DNA of 63,559 nt, counting the filler, from Salisapilia sapeloensis CBS 127946 (lineage: Eukaryota; Protista; Oomycota), in the NCBI GenBank assembly GCA_023334545.1. It is 14 parts of 14 records of this genome, joined end to end, with 100 filler letters (N's around TTAATTAATTAA, not from the genome) between each part and the next. Parts side by side here need not be neighbours in the genome. Positions count along the whole stretch, not along the records: positions 11,708 to 13,057 come from JAADVB010001182.1; positions 13,158 to 17,404 come from JAADVB010000684.1; positions 17,505 to 32,554 come from JAADVB010000377.1; 11 more parts are not named here. One strand, written 5' to 3'. The notes beneath the pieces are model-generated. The model was not told where the DNA came from, did not search any database, and worked only from the letters and a program-made list of their open reading frames with translations. Numbering within the stretch: position 1 is the stretch's first letter; every line of letters starts with the position of its first letter. Both the position numbers and the translations under genes were made by a program. This document shows positions 11,849 to 22,400 of this stretch, one piece after another.

Positions 11849-12975
11849 CGTCAGAAGAGATACCAATCGTTATCTTCAACGGTTGAAGTTGGGTTCAGTA
11901 CGGCAAGAAGTGTCTGAGAGATCGACACGTTAGGCTTTCGTCTGCAAAGGTCCGAGTGCATAAACAAATTTCTAATAGATCAGTTGATGCAGGGCAGATG
12001 CGGCGGGAGGAATATCGTCCCGATCAGTTGCTTTGATACCCATTCTAGGTCCAGGTTACCAAAAGAACGGTTGAAGTCGATGTCAACGAGATGACTTGCC
12101 GCAGCATTGCGTTTCGGAAGCTGAGGAAGCAGACTGCAGGAAAGAAAGAAGAATCTGCTCCTTATATCGCTCTTTTTCTGAAGTGCAATCTCACTGTGAA
12201 GCTGCTGCAGGATTCATCTTGCGCTTGGCCAAGGTGACCCATGGAAGAAATATAGATGTATATTTGGAGGCGTTATTTCGGGACTTGCTTACGCTTTTTA
12301 ATTGTTGCATCACTACCATGCAAATGCCTGTTGCATGCACATATAAGCATGCATGCGTTCCTCATCTTTCTCCACATCTGTCATATGCCATTCCGGTTCC
12401 GTGGCAACCGTGCACGGCGGAAGCGCAAGGTGTATCTCGACTGCGACTATAAATTAAGTTCGATCTATCAGACAAGACGTCATTGAAGTAGTCAGCCAGC
12501 CGAACTATTAAAAGCAGCTGTCTCGAACTATACAAATGTCAAGTGATGTTGGTCAAACAGTGCCGGAAAGCGAACCCACTTCAAGTAAGCAACTAAAAAT
12601 ACTTGGTCCATGCGCGCATCGAGCGCGACGACGGGATCCACGCAACGCAACGCACCATACAACCCAGCGCTATGATCGCAAGTGATAATACGCATGCCTT
12701 CGTCGTGAATGACGTCATGCCGAAAAAAGCAGTCAAGCAGCAATCCTCGCCCTGTCTTTACAGCATTGCACATCCAGTTTCCTCCGGTACCGCCGGCCTG
12801 TCAACAGGTTTGGCTACGCTCACCCAATTTCCAAGATTAATTTATCCCTCCTGACAGCTCGACCCACGCACAATGAAACGCAAAGTTGCAGTTTAACACC
12901 AATGTCGGCTACACGACCATCTGTGTCTCCGTTCGCTCCTTCGCTCCGGTTGCTCCGCCTCTTCTCCTCTTCTCC

Positions 12976-12991
12976 TCATTCCAGCTTTGGC
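12976..12991 (+). promoter_or_regulatory. Oomycete Inr+FPR core promoter (mirror copy 11774-11789, minus strand)
   Basis: TCATTCCAGCTTTGGC, about 30 nt upstream of the ATG at 13023. Confidence 0.5.
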
Positions 12992-13022
12992 CCTCTCGAC
13001 CGCAAGTCTCTCGGCAACCGAT

Positions 13023-13057
13023 ATGACTGTGAAGGACCCGACCGCCGGATATGCCGA
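13023..13057 (+). CDS. 5' end of an unknown gene (MTVKDPTAGYA...); identical copy at 11708-11742 on minus
   Basis: ATG after an Inr-FPR element, reading outward into the gap. Confidence 0.4.
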
Positions 13058-13157
13058 NNNNNNNNNNNNNNNNNNNNNNNNNNNNNNNNNNNNNNNNNNN
13101 NTTAATTAATTAANNNNNNNNNNNNNNNNNNNNNNNNNNNNNNNNNNNNNNNNNNNN
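13058..13157. other. Artificial contig spacer
   Basis: 44 N + TTAATTAATTAA + 44 N. Confidence 0.98.
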
Positions 13158-13731
13158 AGTTAATGTACGCCTGCCAGTCCGGTACGTGCATCGCAAGCCA
13201 GATCGTCTGCAACATCTTCTTGCCCTCACACTTCGACTTGTCATACGGAAGCTTGGCGGGGCTGCCAGGGTAGTTCACGGAACAGTTGTCATCCTGGAAA
13301 GCGAGCTCATCGTCACACCAGATCTCACACGGACCTTCGTGCGAGGGCGATAGCTCAGTCCACTCGACCTCATCCGGAAGAGGTTTCGGGCTGCCCTCCT
13401 CGCCGAAACCACACTCGAACGTGGCGCCGCTCTCAAGCACGATGTTGTCCTTCACCATGTCACGCATCGTCTTGTACGAGCTCTGCTTGAAAGCAGCTTC
13501 GTAAGCAGCAACGTTCTGGTCAGCACCGTAGTTGTAGCCTTCCGGCGTGATCGGGGCCGGGCCAAGAGCCTTGGGACCGTTAACAATACCCATTGGGCTG
13601 TTGCTGCAGTAACCAGAAGAGCACGTTGGCTCCGGAACCGTCTGTACAGCGTGGGCGTTGATGGTAGGCATCACAGCGGCTGTGGCAACGGCGGCGACGA
13701 GCAAGCCAGAGTAGGAAGAAGTAGAGACCAT
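13158..13731 (-). CDS. AA17-family lytic polysaccharide monooxygenase (3' truncated by gap)
   Basis: ATG 13731; signal peptide ending INA|H (His1 codon 13651-13653). SHEGPCEIWCDD (second His) and WLAMHVPDWQAYIN (axial Tyr region) match the oomycete AA17 pattern. Confidence 0.88.
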
Positions 13732-13764
13732 TGTTGTTGTTGGAAGTGACTTAGGACTTCGGAA

Positions 13765-13782
13765 GCAGATTTGGGAATGAGC
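13765..13782 (-). promoter_or_regulatory. Inr+FPR core promoter of AA17 gene
   Basis: GCTCATTCCCAAATCTGC, about 35 nt upstream of the ATG. Confidence 0.65.
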
Positions 13783-15461
13783 ATTTCCCTGGCCAACCTT
13801 TAATAACGACGCTATGCTGCGATTAATATACAGCCGCTCGTGATGAGCTTCCAAAATACCATACGGCTGGAATGATCTGACGACAGTGATAGAGTTGACC
13901 ACAGGGATATATTGTACACGTATAGAGTAATTCACCAAGGAATTAAATTAGTTATCAGATATAATCTAACGACTGGATGGCTGCTAAAGATGTCTACGTA
14001 CCGATCACATTATTGAACTTACTATACGTCCTTCCTCCATACTCGCATGGATAGAGAGAATGCCGTAGGCATAAGAAGGCGTTTAACTGATAGTCGGGAA
14101 ATCTCCGACGCAACTTGTTTTCGTTGCTGTGTTTAGTTGTGGTGACTACGCTCTCTCGATCGTATGGGGATTGTAAGGGGTTCATGCTTGACAGTTGGTG
14201 GACGAGACTTATTTCGTGCTTTCAGGCACTCGTGTGGTCGGATGCGTTGTATTTGTTTGAACCGCCGAAAGATAGTACGGTGAAGATTGGGAACAATAGT
14301 AGCAATGTTGAAGTCACCCATCTATACATCTATGTTTGCAGCTTTCCAGAGACAGTTTCGTACGCTGAAGAAAACGGCAGGAAGATTCGTTTAAATGCTA
14401 GACGGTGACTCTCGTTATGTACCTAGTATCGTGGTGACAGCACCGTGTATTGCTTGGCGTCGTGAGAGAGTTAGAGAGCGTATTGTAATCGATACGCAAA
14501 AACAGACGAGATGTGTACCTATTAGCAGGAGCGCTACGTTGCGCAGCTTTTCGCTAAACGACAAGCTGCGATCTAGAAAATGGACCTTACTATTGACACA
14601 GATTTCATTCCCACAAACCACAAGATGTAGTCGAAGAAGACCAATCTAGGTCTTTACGCTATCCTGGCATCAGATTTTCCTCATAGTCCTTCGTTGCAAA
14701 AGACTGGTTGCAGGCAAATTTGTCATCTGCGAAAAATGAGAATGATGTAAGGATTACATTTATGTTATCCGAGCAAATGGCGCTTAGGAATGCTAACAGC
14801 TTTTGATGGGAGATGAATACGATGTATTATCCACGCTAAAAGGACTTGGTAACGTGTCCAGGGTGTGTCGTTAAATTGCAATACATTTCAACGCTCCGAA
14901 AACGACCAAGCATTTGGCACGTCGAAATTGGCGTACATCTTAAGGCTTGCTTCTTCGAATCGACATTACGTATTGCATCAAAAAGATTATGAACTTATAG
15001 GAGCAACAATGTATAAACATGCCAAGCGGTCTACTGCTAGTCTCTGGCTTTAGCTTTCAACAGAACACTCCATCAATAAATAAAGGCACGTCTCGATCAA
15101 GCTTAGCCAATGGACTAGCGATAGTGTATATCTTGATGGATTTACATTCCCTAGCTAATATTCCTAACGCATTGTAACCGATATCTAGCTTGAACAATTT
15201 CAGCCTCTAGTCGAACAAGTAAGCACCACCAAACGAAAATGAGAAATGAACTTTAGTCAGATCAATCTTTTATCATGCCAATTAAGATCCAAACATGATT
15301 TGTATTGAATGGTTACGCACACATGGTAATCAAATGCAAGGTCTCATGCCTAGGCTATTCCTTCGAATGGCCTAGTTGCATACCACGCTACAGAGCGGAC
15401 GTACTAAAGTATGCACATGGCAGTCGTATCAAAAATGCAACAGGAGTTCAAGTCCTTTCGC

Positions 15462-16298
15462 TTAGTTGCGACGGCGCTTGGCTGCACAACCAGTGGACGG
15501 CGCTTCCGGCGTGGAAGGCGCAGCGTTACCACCGGTTTCGGCAGATCCAGCAGCAGGGGAAGGCGTCAGGTCTCCAGAACTACTAGCGGGCGTTTCGAAG
15601 CCAGCTTCACTGGCATCAGTAGCAGGGGCACTGGTCACTGGAGCCTCCATGTCGGCACTTCCTTCCGCGCTTTCACTGTCGTCCGTCGCGGGAGGCGTAG
15701 CAGCGCCGCTTCCAGAGATCACAATGTCAGCGCACGTCGGGTAAGTCTGGTCGGCAATGTCTGAGTGCCAGTAAAACTGGAGCACACATGCACCAGGAGT
15801 TTCACAGCCCGTAACATCTTCCGGAAGAGTGACAGTCGTAGAACCATCACCACCACCGGTCGCAAAGTCGTCCATCGTTTTCAACTCGACGTCCGGCTCG
15901 TACTTGGTAAGAGCGCCGTCCTGCGTGGCACGTGCAATGCTAAGACGAAGGTAACCAGGGTGGGGAGCTTGAATCGTCCACTCCACGTCGATTTCCTCTC
16001 CAGGCGACACAGTGGTGACAGTCTGCTCATCCGTAAAGTTCGTTCCACGGCATCCGTTCATGGCGTCGAAAGCTTCGCTAGGTAGACCACCCTCCTGCTT
16101 ACGCTGGATGAGCTGCTCTTCCGGAGAGTATCGGAGTTCCTGGTCGCCGGCTCCTTCAAGGGAGACGCCGCAATTTTCACGGTACCAGTCGTCAATCTTA
16201 CGCGGGGTCGGCTTGGTCATCTCACCGTGTGCAGACACAGACGTGGCGACAAGCGCGGCAGTTGCGACGGCAAGTTTGCATACGTTAAGAGCGTTCAT
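15462..16298 (-). CDS. AA16-family lytic polysaccharide monooxygenase with Ser/Thr/Pro/acidic tail
   Basis: Signal peptide ending VSA|HGEMTKPTPR, then NGCRG, WTIQAPHPG and PGACVLQFYWHSDIADQTYPTCADI, matching the AA16 His-brace pattern. Confidence 0.85.
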   Translation of the reverse strand: MNALNVCKLAVATAALVATSVSAHGEMTKPTPRKIDDWYRENCGVSLEGAGDQELRYSPEEQLIQRKQEGGLPSEAFDAMNGCRGTNFTDEQTVTTVSPGEEIDVEWTIQAPHPGYLRLSIARATQDGALTKYEPDVELKTMDDFATGGGDGSTTVTLPEDVTGCETPGACVLQFYWHSDIADQTYPTCADIVISGSGAATPPATDDSESAEGSADMEAPVTSAPATDASEAGFETPASSSGDLTPSPAAGSAETGGNAAPSTPEAPSTGCAAKRRRN

Positions 16299-16328
16299 AG
16301 TTGTCGTTAACGGCTTCGGAAGCGATGA

Positions 16329-16346
16329 GCAAAATCTTTAATGAGG
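16329..16346 (-). promoter_or_regulatory. Inr+FPR core promoter of AA16 gene
   Basis: CCTCATTAAAGATTTTGC, about 30 nt upstream of the ATG. Confidence 0.6.
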
Positions 16347-17096
16347 AAAAGTGTCAAATTGGTGAAACGAAGGAGTCCATGATACAGGCGGTGCTAAGGA
16401 ATCGGATGGTTCTTATATGATAGGTTACGTTGCAGACCATGAGCACATCGCTTCGTCGCTTTGCTACATTGTTGCTTTCGGCTTTTCATATGACAAGAAC
16501 CATTGTCACGACTCTACAGCAGAGAGCATCCTGCTCTTCTCGACAACCGCCTGCTTATGATTAGATGCCACGAATGATGTTTGATCTTATTCAAGGCTGT
16601 AGCATCGTACTCAGAATTCCCTTGATGATCAAGTGCATATTAGTACGTGCATTTGCAAGTAGATACCCAGAAAGATAGAATAGTTTCGTATTCGACAGTA
16701 GCTAGAGCAATGTAGAGATCAGAGCAAGCTGGAGGAACAACTTCCATTGCATCCTCTGTCATCAAATTCTTATCATACGTAGTAGGCATATGCTGCTTCT
16801 AGCAAAGCCTTTCCAGCTTACTGCTTAAACAATGGTATCCAAGAATAAGCAATTGCATTAATTCCAAAAGATTCAAAACTTCATTGCATCATTGCTTTTG
16901 TATTAGCTCCATTAGCGTCCTTCCTACGCCGCCCAAGTCCCATTCCCCAAACAGCATTATCAAAAGATAAAGTAGGACACTATGTTTATCCTTAAACGTT
17001 GATCCCAAAAACTGAACATGCACTCGTGAAGCCGATCTCTTCCACAACAAAACTTACATGTAGGCCGAGCTACACAGCGAATGCCACTCCAGTGGT

Positions 17097-17402
17097 TTAG
17101 TAGTCACCACCGTTGACCTTACCAGCGCCAGCATTGTCCTGGGTGTAGTCGTCGAAGCCAAGGTCGTCCGTCTTGCCAGAGTATTCGTCTTCTTCAGCAG
17201 CGGACTCTTCGGCCATACTGAAGGAGCCGCAGTCTTCCTCATCCTCAGCCATACTGAACGAACCGCAGTCTTCCTCATCCGCACCATCAGCGTTACCATC
17301 AGCAGGGGCACCACCGTCGTTGCCAGCGTTGCCAGCGTTGCCGCCGTAGCCACCGTTTCCGCCGTTGTTAGCGTTACCATCATCAGGAGCACCACCGTCG
17401 TT
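17097..17402 (-). CDS. C-terminal Gly/Asn/Asp-rich repetitive tail of a probably secreted protein (5' lost in gap)
   Basis: Frame not in the ORF track: NDGGAPDDGNANNGGNGGYGGNAGNAGNDGGAPADG...DEEDCGSFSMAEDEEDCGSFSMAEE...GKVNGGDY* (stop 17097-17099). It has internal tandem repeats. Confidence 0.75.
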   Translation of the reverse strand, partial: NDGGAPDDGNANNGGNGGYGGNAGNAGNDGGAPADGNADGADEEDCGSFSMAEDEEDCGSFSMAEESAAEEDEYSGKTDDLGFDDYTQDNAGAGKVNGGDY

Positions 17403-17404
17403 GC

Positions 17405-17504
17405 NNNNNNNNNNNNNNNNNNNNNNNNNNNNNNNNNNNNNNNNNNNNTTAATTAATTAANNNNNNNNNNNNNNNNNNNNNNNNNNNNNNNNNNNNNNNN
17501 NNNN
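17405..17504. other. Artificial contig spacer
   Basis: 44 N + TTAATTAATTAA + 44 N. Confidence 0.98.
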
Positions 17505-19445
17505 ATTCGATTTACTTGCAGCATTGAGCTCTTCGCCATTTCATTGGGACGGAGTACAGTGCGAGTCGCATATATCTCTTATTATTTCGTCTACTACTGT
17601 GCTATTCTTGTTCCGAAATAATAGCGAAGAGCCCACCCAGCCTTTCGCGCGCTTTTTCAAATGTGCACACTTCGAGCACCAGGCATGCCTTAAAGTCTTC
17701 TCGAAGATGGTTTACGCTCGATTGCATTAAAGACCAAGACAGAGACAGACCAAAGATATAGAGTGGCATCTCCATTGGCAGTACAGAACACTCGCTTATG
17801 CATTTGATGTTGTGGAAGAATGTTAAATTGAATTGCTGCGTTAGATTTCGATATCACGAAGCTTATCCGAATCGGCTATTCTCAGCGAACGCGGGATTGC
17901 CCAATTCGATTATCATAAATAGAATTACAAAAGGAGAATCTCCAATGTTGCCGAATCGATATCTAGCGCGAACATGGCCTAACTGTTTTCCCAGAGCAGA
18001 AGTGTGCCACCGATCTAATAATGAAAAATCTGATTTTATTAAGCTAGAACTAGCTTTCAACCGACAACTACACCTTCAGCGAGACGCGGAATGTGATGCA
18101 ATTATGTGTGAAGATTAATTCATGCCATGTGTACAAGTCGGTTGAGTAGCTCTATGGAAATCACCATCAGTAGACAATGACACCATTATGGATTGAGTGG
18201 AAACACAAGCGTTCACATATTCTACATAATTATTTTCCAATCCTGGTTACCACAAGTTACCTAATATACGATAGATATTCACAAGTAATGATATAGCATA
18301 CAGCTGGAAGACCTTTCTTGCATTCCCAGCTGCTCGTATCTAGGACGGACGGTCGTTTTACTCATCGTAAACAATACTTAATCAAATCAAATGCATGCTC
18401 AGTTCTCCGGCATCGATGAAGCGATTGCAGACAGCCGACTTTCTTCTTAGCCGACGCGTAAGTAGAGTTTAAATTTTACTTTAGGCTGCATAGTGTCGCT
18501 GTAACTAAGGGGGCTGGTTAATTAGGTCAAGACCGTACAGCGACACAAAGCCTGATCGAAAGACATTTTAAACGCTTCGTCTTGAGCCTAAACTTTCGAC
18601 TCTTGGTTCTGCCTATTCAATCTGGTATTCTTGTCAACTTCAACGCCATCGCCATAGAAAATGAGAGACCATTTAAAAGGGGAATAAAAGAAGTGGAAGC
18701 GCATTTTTCACAGGCGGCCTACATATACTTAAGCTAGGTTTAGTCGTAGAGGAACAACATCATAAGAGTTACCTATTTCGCAGCAGAAAAGCGAAAGAAA
18801 TAAAGAATGACATGTGTATGTTGGATTCAAGAAATACATTATGCTTTAAAACTCATGGTGCAAACTCGCATGGGATCGAGAGTATGGAATGGACGACAGG
18901 TTGTAAGCTCTTAAAGTAGCAACTTCAAATAGAGCGCTACTATAAAACATCTACCTCACAAATTACTTTCAGGTGAAAGCTTTGTCACTATAAGGAACTA
19001 TATAAGCAGCTTACAAGTTGTAATTCCTCCTGACCACCAGCAAGCATAAATCTAGCCGTGTATGCGACAGCAAGCGCAGCTAGCGATATATGATCATTAT
19101 ATAATTATATAGGACAATTCGACAATGATCTTTTCTAGCATACTAAACTGTAAAGAAGGCACCGAACTTCATAATACAATCAATTAGAAGGGATAGAATT
19201 TTGTTCTGCTCTCCTCGCGTATACTTTGCATAGGAAATCTAGTTTATCTTCCTCAAACGCTTCCCTTTTTGTTCAGAAAATATAGTCCAGAAACGCATAC
19301 CTTACTCAAGTTATTATCATGCCCAATACCACTAAAACTATGCCATTTCGGTGATCGCTATATATAAAACTCAAGTACTTTGCAGTCGTACCAATACTAT
19401 GGCCTTTATTACAGGACGAACAGACACAATATCACAAGTCTCAAA

Positions 19446-19824
19446 ATGAGTGACGACCAGAATGAATTGCTACGGAACCCGCCATGCCTCCGTACTGGAT
19501 TGTTGTGGGGCATTGCGACGGGAACCTTGATAGGTGCGCATCATTACCGCACTTACAGAAACATCACAAAAGCAAGTGATTCTGCTGTACTCGTCTTTGG
19601 AGCTGTCGCCGGCATCTCATGGTATGCTAAAGCTCTTTATCTCATGGCTGACACGCATTAACATAACATCAAATTGTAGGCTCGTTTGCTCGATGGGATA
19701 CCGTACTAGGAAGTCACAGACTCGGCAGTTTATGGAAACGATGAACAATCCAAATCGCAGCTCCGAGGCAAAGGAATTCCTGAATTCGCGAGTAGAACCA
19801 AAGAGGGAAGATGATAGCAAGTAA
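19446..19824 (+). CDS. COX20: Cytochrome c oxidase assembly protein COX20-like (2 exons)
   Basis: NPPCLRTGLLWGIATG...AVLVFGAVAGISW|LVC with two hydrophobic helices. Intron 19622-19679 restores the frame. Confidence 0.75.
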
Positions 19825-20381
19825 TAGACGACCTAAAAGGACTTGGTTGATGGACACTTGTACAAGTTGTTTGGATGGAATTTAGTTAACTACACTACTT
19901 TGCAAATCTGCTCATGCTAAACTCGCTATGTGTCCGCCAAAGCAGTAACTAAACACATAGATCGGATCTTTCCAGTGCTAAAGATTGTAGACATTGAGGT
20001 AGCAAGACTTCTAATGTACCATATGTGGTTGGTATCCTGATTAAAGCAAGTAGCATAAATGCAAAATTCAATTCAAGAGGTCTATTTCAGCTCATATGTT
20101 GCGACACTTTCGCTGTACAAATATGAAGAATCAGTCCTGTCTACGCTTTTAAACATAGCCAAATAATTCTACTTAGTAGAATTATGTGCATGATTGGATC
20201 AATCTAAAGTCTGTTATTTTATCATAAGACTACATCTTCTCAAATATGCACATACAAGCATGTCAATTGATAAAAAACACAATTCCATACACAACCCAAA
20301 TATGAGACGGAGCCATATGCGTAAGATGCCAAAAGTAAAAGTTTGCAATTCTCGCCAATTGCGACTTTACCAACCTACCAA

Positions 20382-22181
20382 CTAATATTCAAAATCCATC
20401 GAAGTATCTCGATCTCCAAAATACGTCTCTGCATCCTCCACCTCTTCATTCGGATCAAACGGCGGTTCCATCTCGACATCTTCTTTCGCCTTTTCATTCG
20501 TTCCTGATTCGGCCACTTCCTCCGTCACTTCCTCCTCCGCTTCCTCCTCCTCCTTACTCTTGTTTCTCTCCTCTGCCTCCTTATCCACCATCATCTCCAT
20601 CGTATCCATCATCTCCGTATCCATCGGCGCACTCGAAACACTCAGCGCCATTTCGATCAAACGACGATTTTTCCTCTCTTCCGCCTTGAACTTTCTCTTC
20701 AATTCAGTCCGAGCTCGATCTGGAAACAACGTCGCAAGCATCCCAAAGTCCATGCCTACTTGACTTAAACACTAGCTACACATCAGTCTCTACAGTTTAC
20801 TAAAGGCAAAATTATATAAAATACATAATAAAACTGCTTCGTCTCTTCTTTCGTCCATCGACGTCTCGACTGCACTGGTTTCTCCACTTTCTTCACCTCC
20901 TCTTCCTCTGCTTCCACCTGTACACTCTTTTGTGTAATCACCATTTGGCCATTAATAATCTGGACACTCGGTTGCAACACGGTATTTCCATCTGCACTCG
21001 GAGCATCGTTTCCGAATTCAGGCACCTCCACTTCCTCCCCATTCTCCTCTTCCGTTCGTTCGCGAGTCCGTCGACGTGGAATCGATAGGGCTAATTGACG
21101 CATACTCATGATCGGCAGATCATCCGGTAGTTCCGTCTCTTCTGCAACAGCTTCTGATTCTTTCTTTGCCCTTCGGACTCTCGGAACCGGTGGGTTCGTC
21201 CATAGCGACTGCGCATACAATCGAGCTCGTTCACGCACTGGCACAGGCTACCAGAAGAGCTTAGTAACTACTTATCCACAGAATGCCATCCTTCCTACCT
21301 CTTCAACCGGCACAATTTCTTTTCTTTTACTTTTCTTTTTCGGAGTTGCTCGACTTCTCTTGTCCGTTTTCTATCTTGATGTAAGTATAGAGGACGGATA
21401 GATGTACGGTAGTAAACATACGGATTTGCTAGATAGAGTGGCGAGACGAGGTCGAGCTTTCGGTTTGTCCTGCTTCTGTTTCTTATGACTGTCCGTCTCT
21501 GTCTCTTCATTCCGTCGCTTTGGCGTTTGGAACGGTGATTGCTCCGTATCACGCTGTTTACTGGTTGATGATGCCCTCTGACTCGGAGGCACAGAAGGAT
21601 AGTCTGGAGACTCTGGTACGTCTTCACTATCATCATCCACTTGGATGGGTGTAAACGTCTTGGATGGCTGCGTGGTTGGAGTCACCTGCAGATTGGATGG
21701 AGTCGACCGTGCTTTGGACGGTGTTTTAATCGGAGATGGGGTAGGAGCAGCCTGTGTAGGTGCTGTGTTGGTCTGTGGAGTACTAGACTCTGTCTGTTCA
21801 GTGTTCTGAGTACTTGGAGGCGACTTTGTAGGCGTAGCAAATGTGTCTAGAGGTGCATCCCACACTAATGACGCGTCTCGTGACTATTGTCATCGTTCAT
21901 ACCAATATATCAATATCTATTATACCAAATATACCTGTGCAGCTGTAGCAAACTCCTCCGCCGTAGTAGCTGCATTTGTGCTTGCTTCGCTTCGTGCTAC
22001 TGGCCTCGCTATCCATCAATTCGTCATGAGAACCACTTCTTCTTCCTCTATGATAGCCCATACACTATATGCGCCAATAATAAGTACCTTTACTCTGAGA
22101 AGGCTTTGCTCTGGGTGCAATGGGCAGTCGTTTACTCTTCTTGCCCTTTCCTTTCGGTAGCAATGGCACGCGAGAGCTCAT
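20382..22181 (-). CDS. BDP1: TFIIIB B'' subunit (Bdp1-like, SANT domain), multi-exon
   Basis: RRRWTKEETKQFY...GMDFGMLATLFPDRARTELKRKFKAEERKN. PSVQIINGQMVIT upstream; first exon 22088-22181 (MSSRVPLLPK...). Confidence 0.82.
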
Positions 22182-22400
22182 CTCTGATACTCGAGACACC
22201 AACTTCCTAATTAGTGTCCAGTATTCGTGTCCAATTGGTTGAAATAGTCCAATTTCAGCCAATCCTACAACTTTCCTTTCATAGAAAGAAAGCCATATCG
22301 TATGATTGGAAGAAATGTCGAGAAACATTGTTTATTGGCTGAAAACAAGTGCACAAGAACCACCCGCACTCTACGCGATAGAAAACGAGTGAAAACGACG

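Larger units (their letters stand above)
12917..13057. repeat. 141-bp perfect inverted repeat, right arm (contig terminus)
   Basis: Exact reverse complement of 11708-11848. Confidence 0.95.

Noticed and set aside
11849-12916. ORFs inside the inverted-repeat spacer
   Set aside because: Short, with no start context or family motif; possibly decayed coding DNA, but I cannot support a call.
11708-13057. DNA transposon, linear plasmid or virus with terminal inverted repeats (also 45110-46229)
   Set aside because: No transposase or polymerase inside. The arms are both exactly 141 bp, end at contig edges, and contain ordinary gene starts or ends.
14060-14650. Hydrophobic broken frames between the two LPMOs
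   Set aside because: May be a pseudogene, but no family is recognisable.
17054-17395. Track ORF MVLLMMVTLTT...
   Set aside because: Wrong frame; the Gly/Asn/Asp frame ending at 17097 is the natural one.
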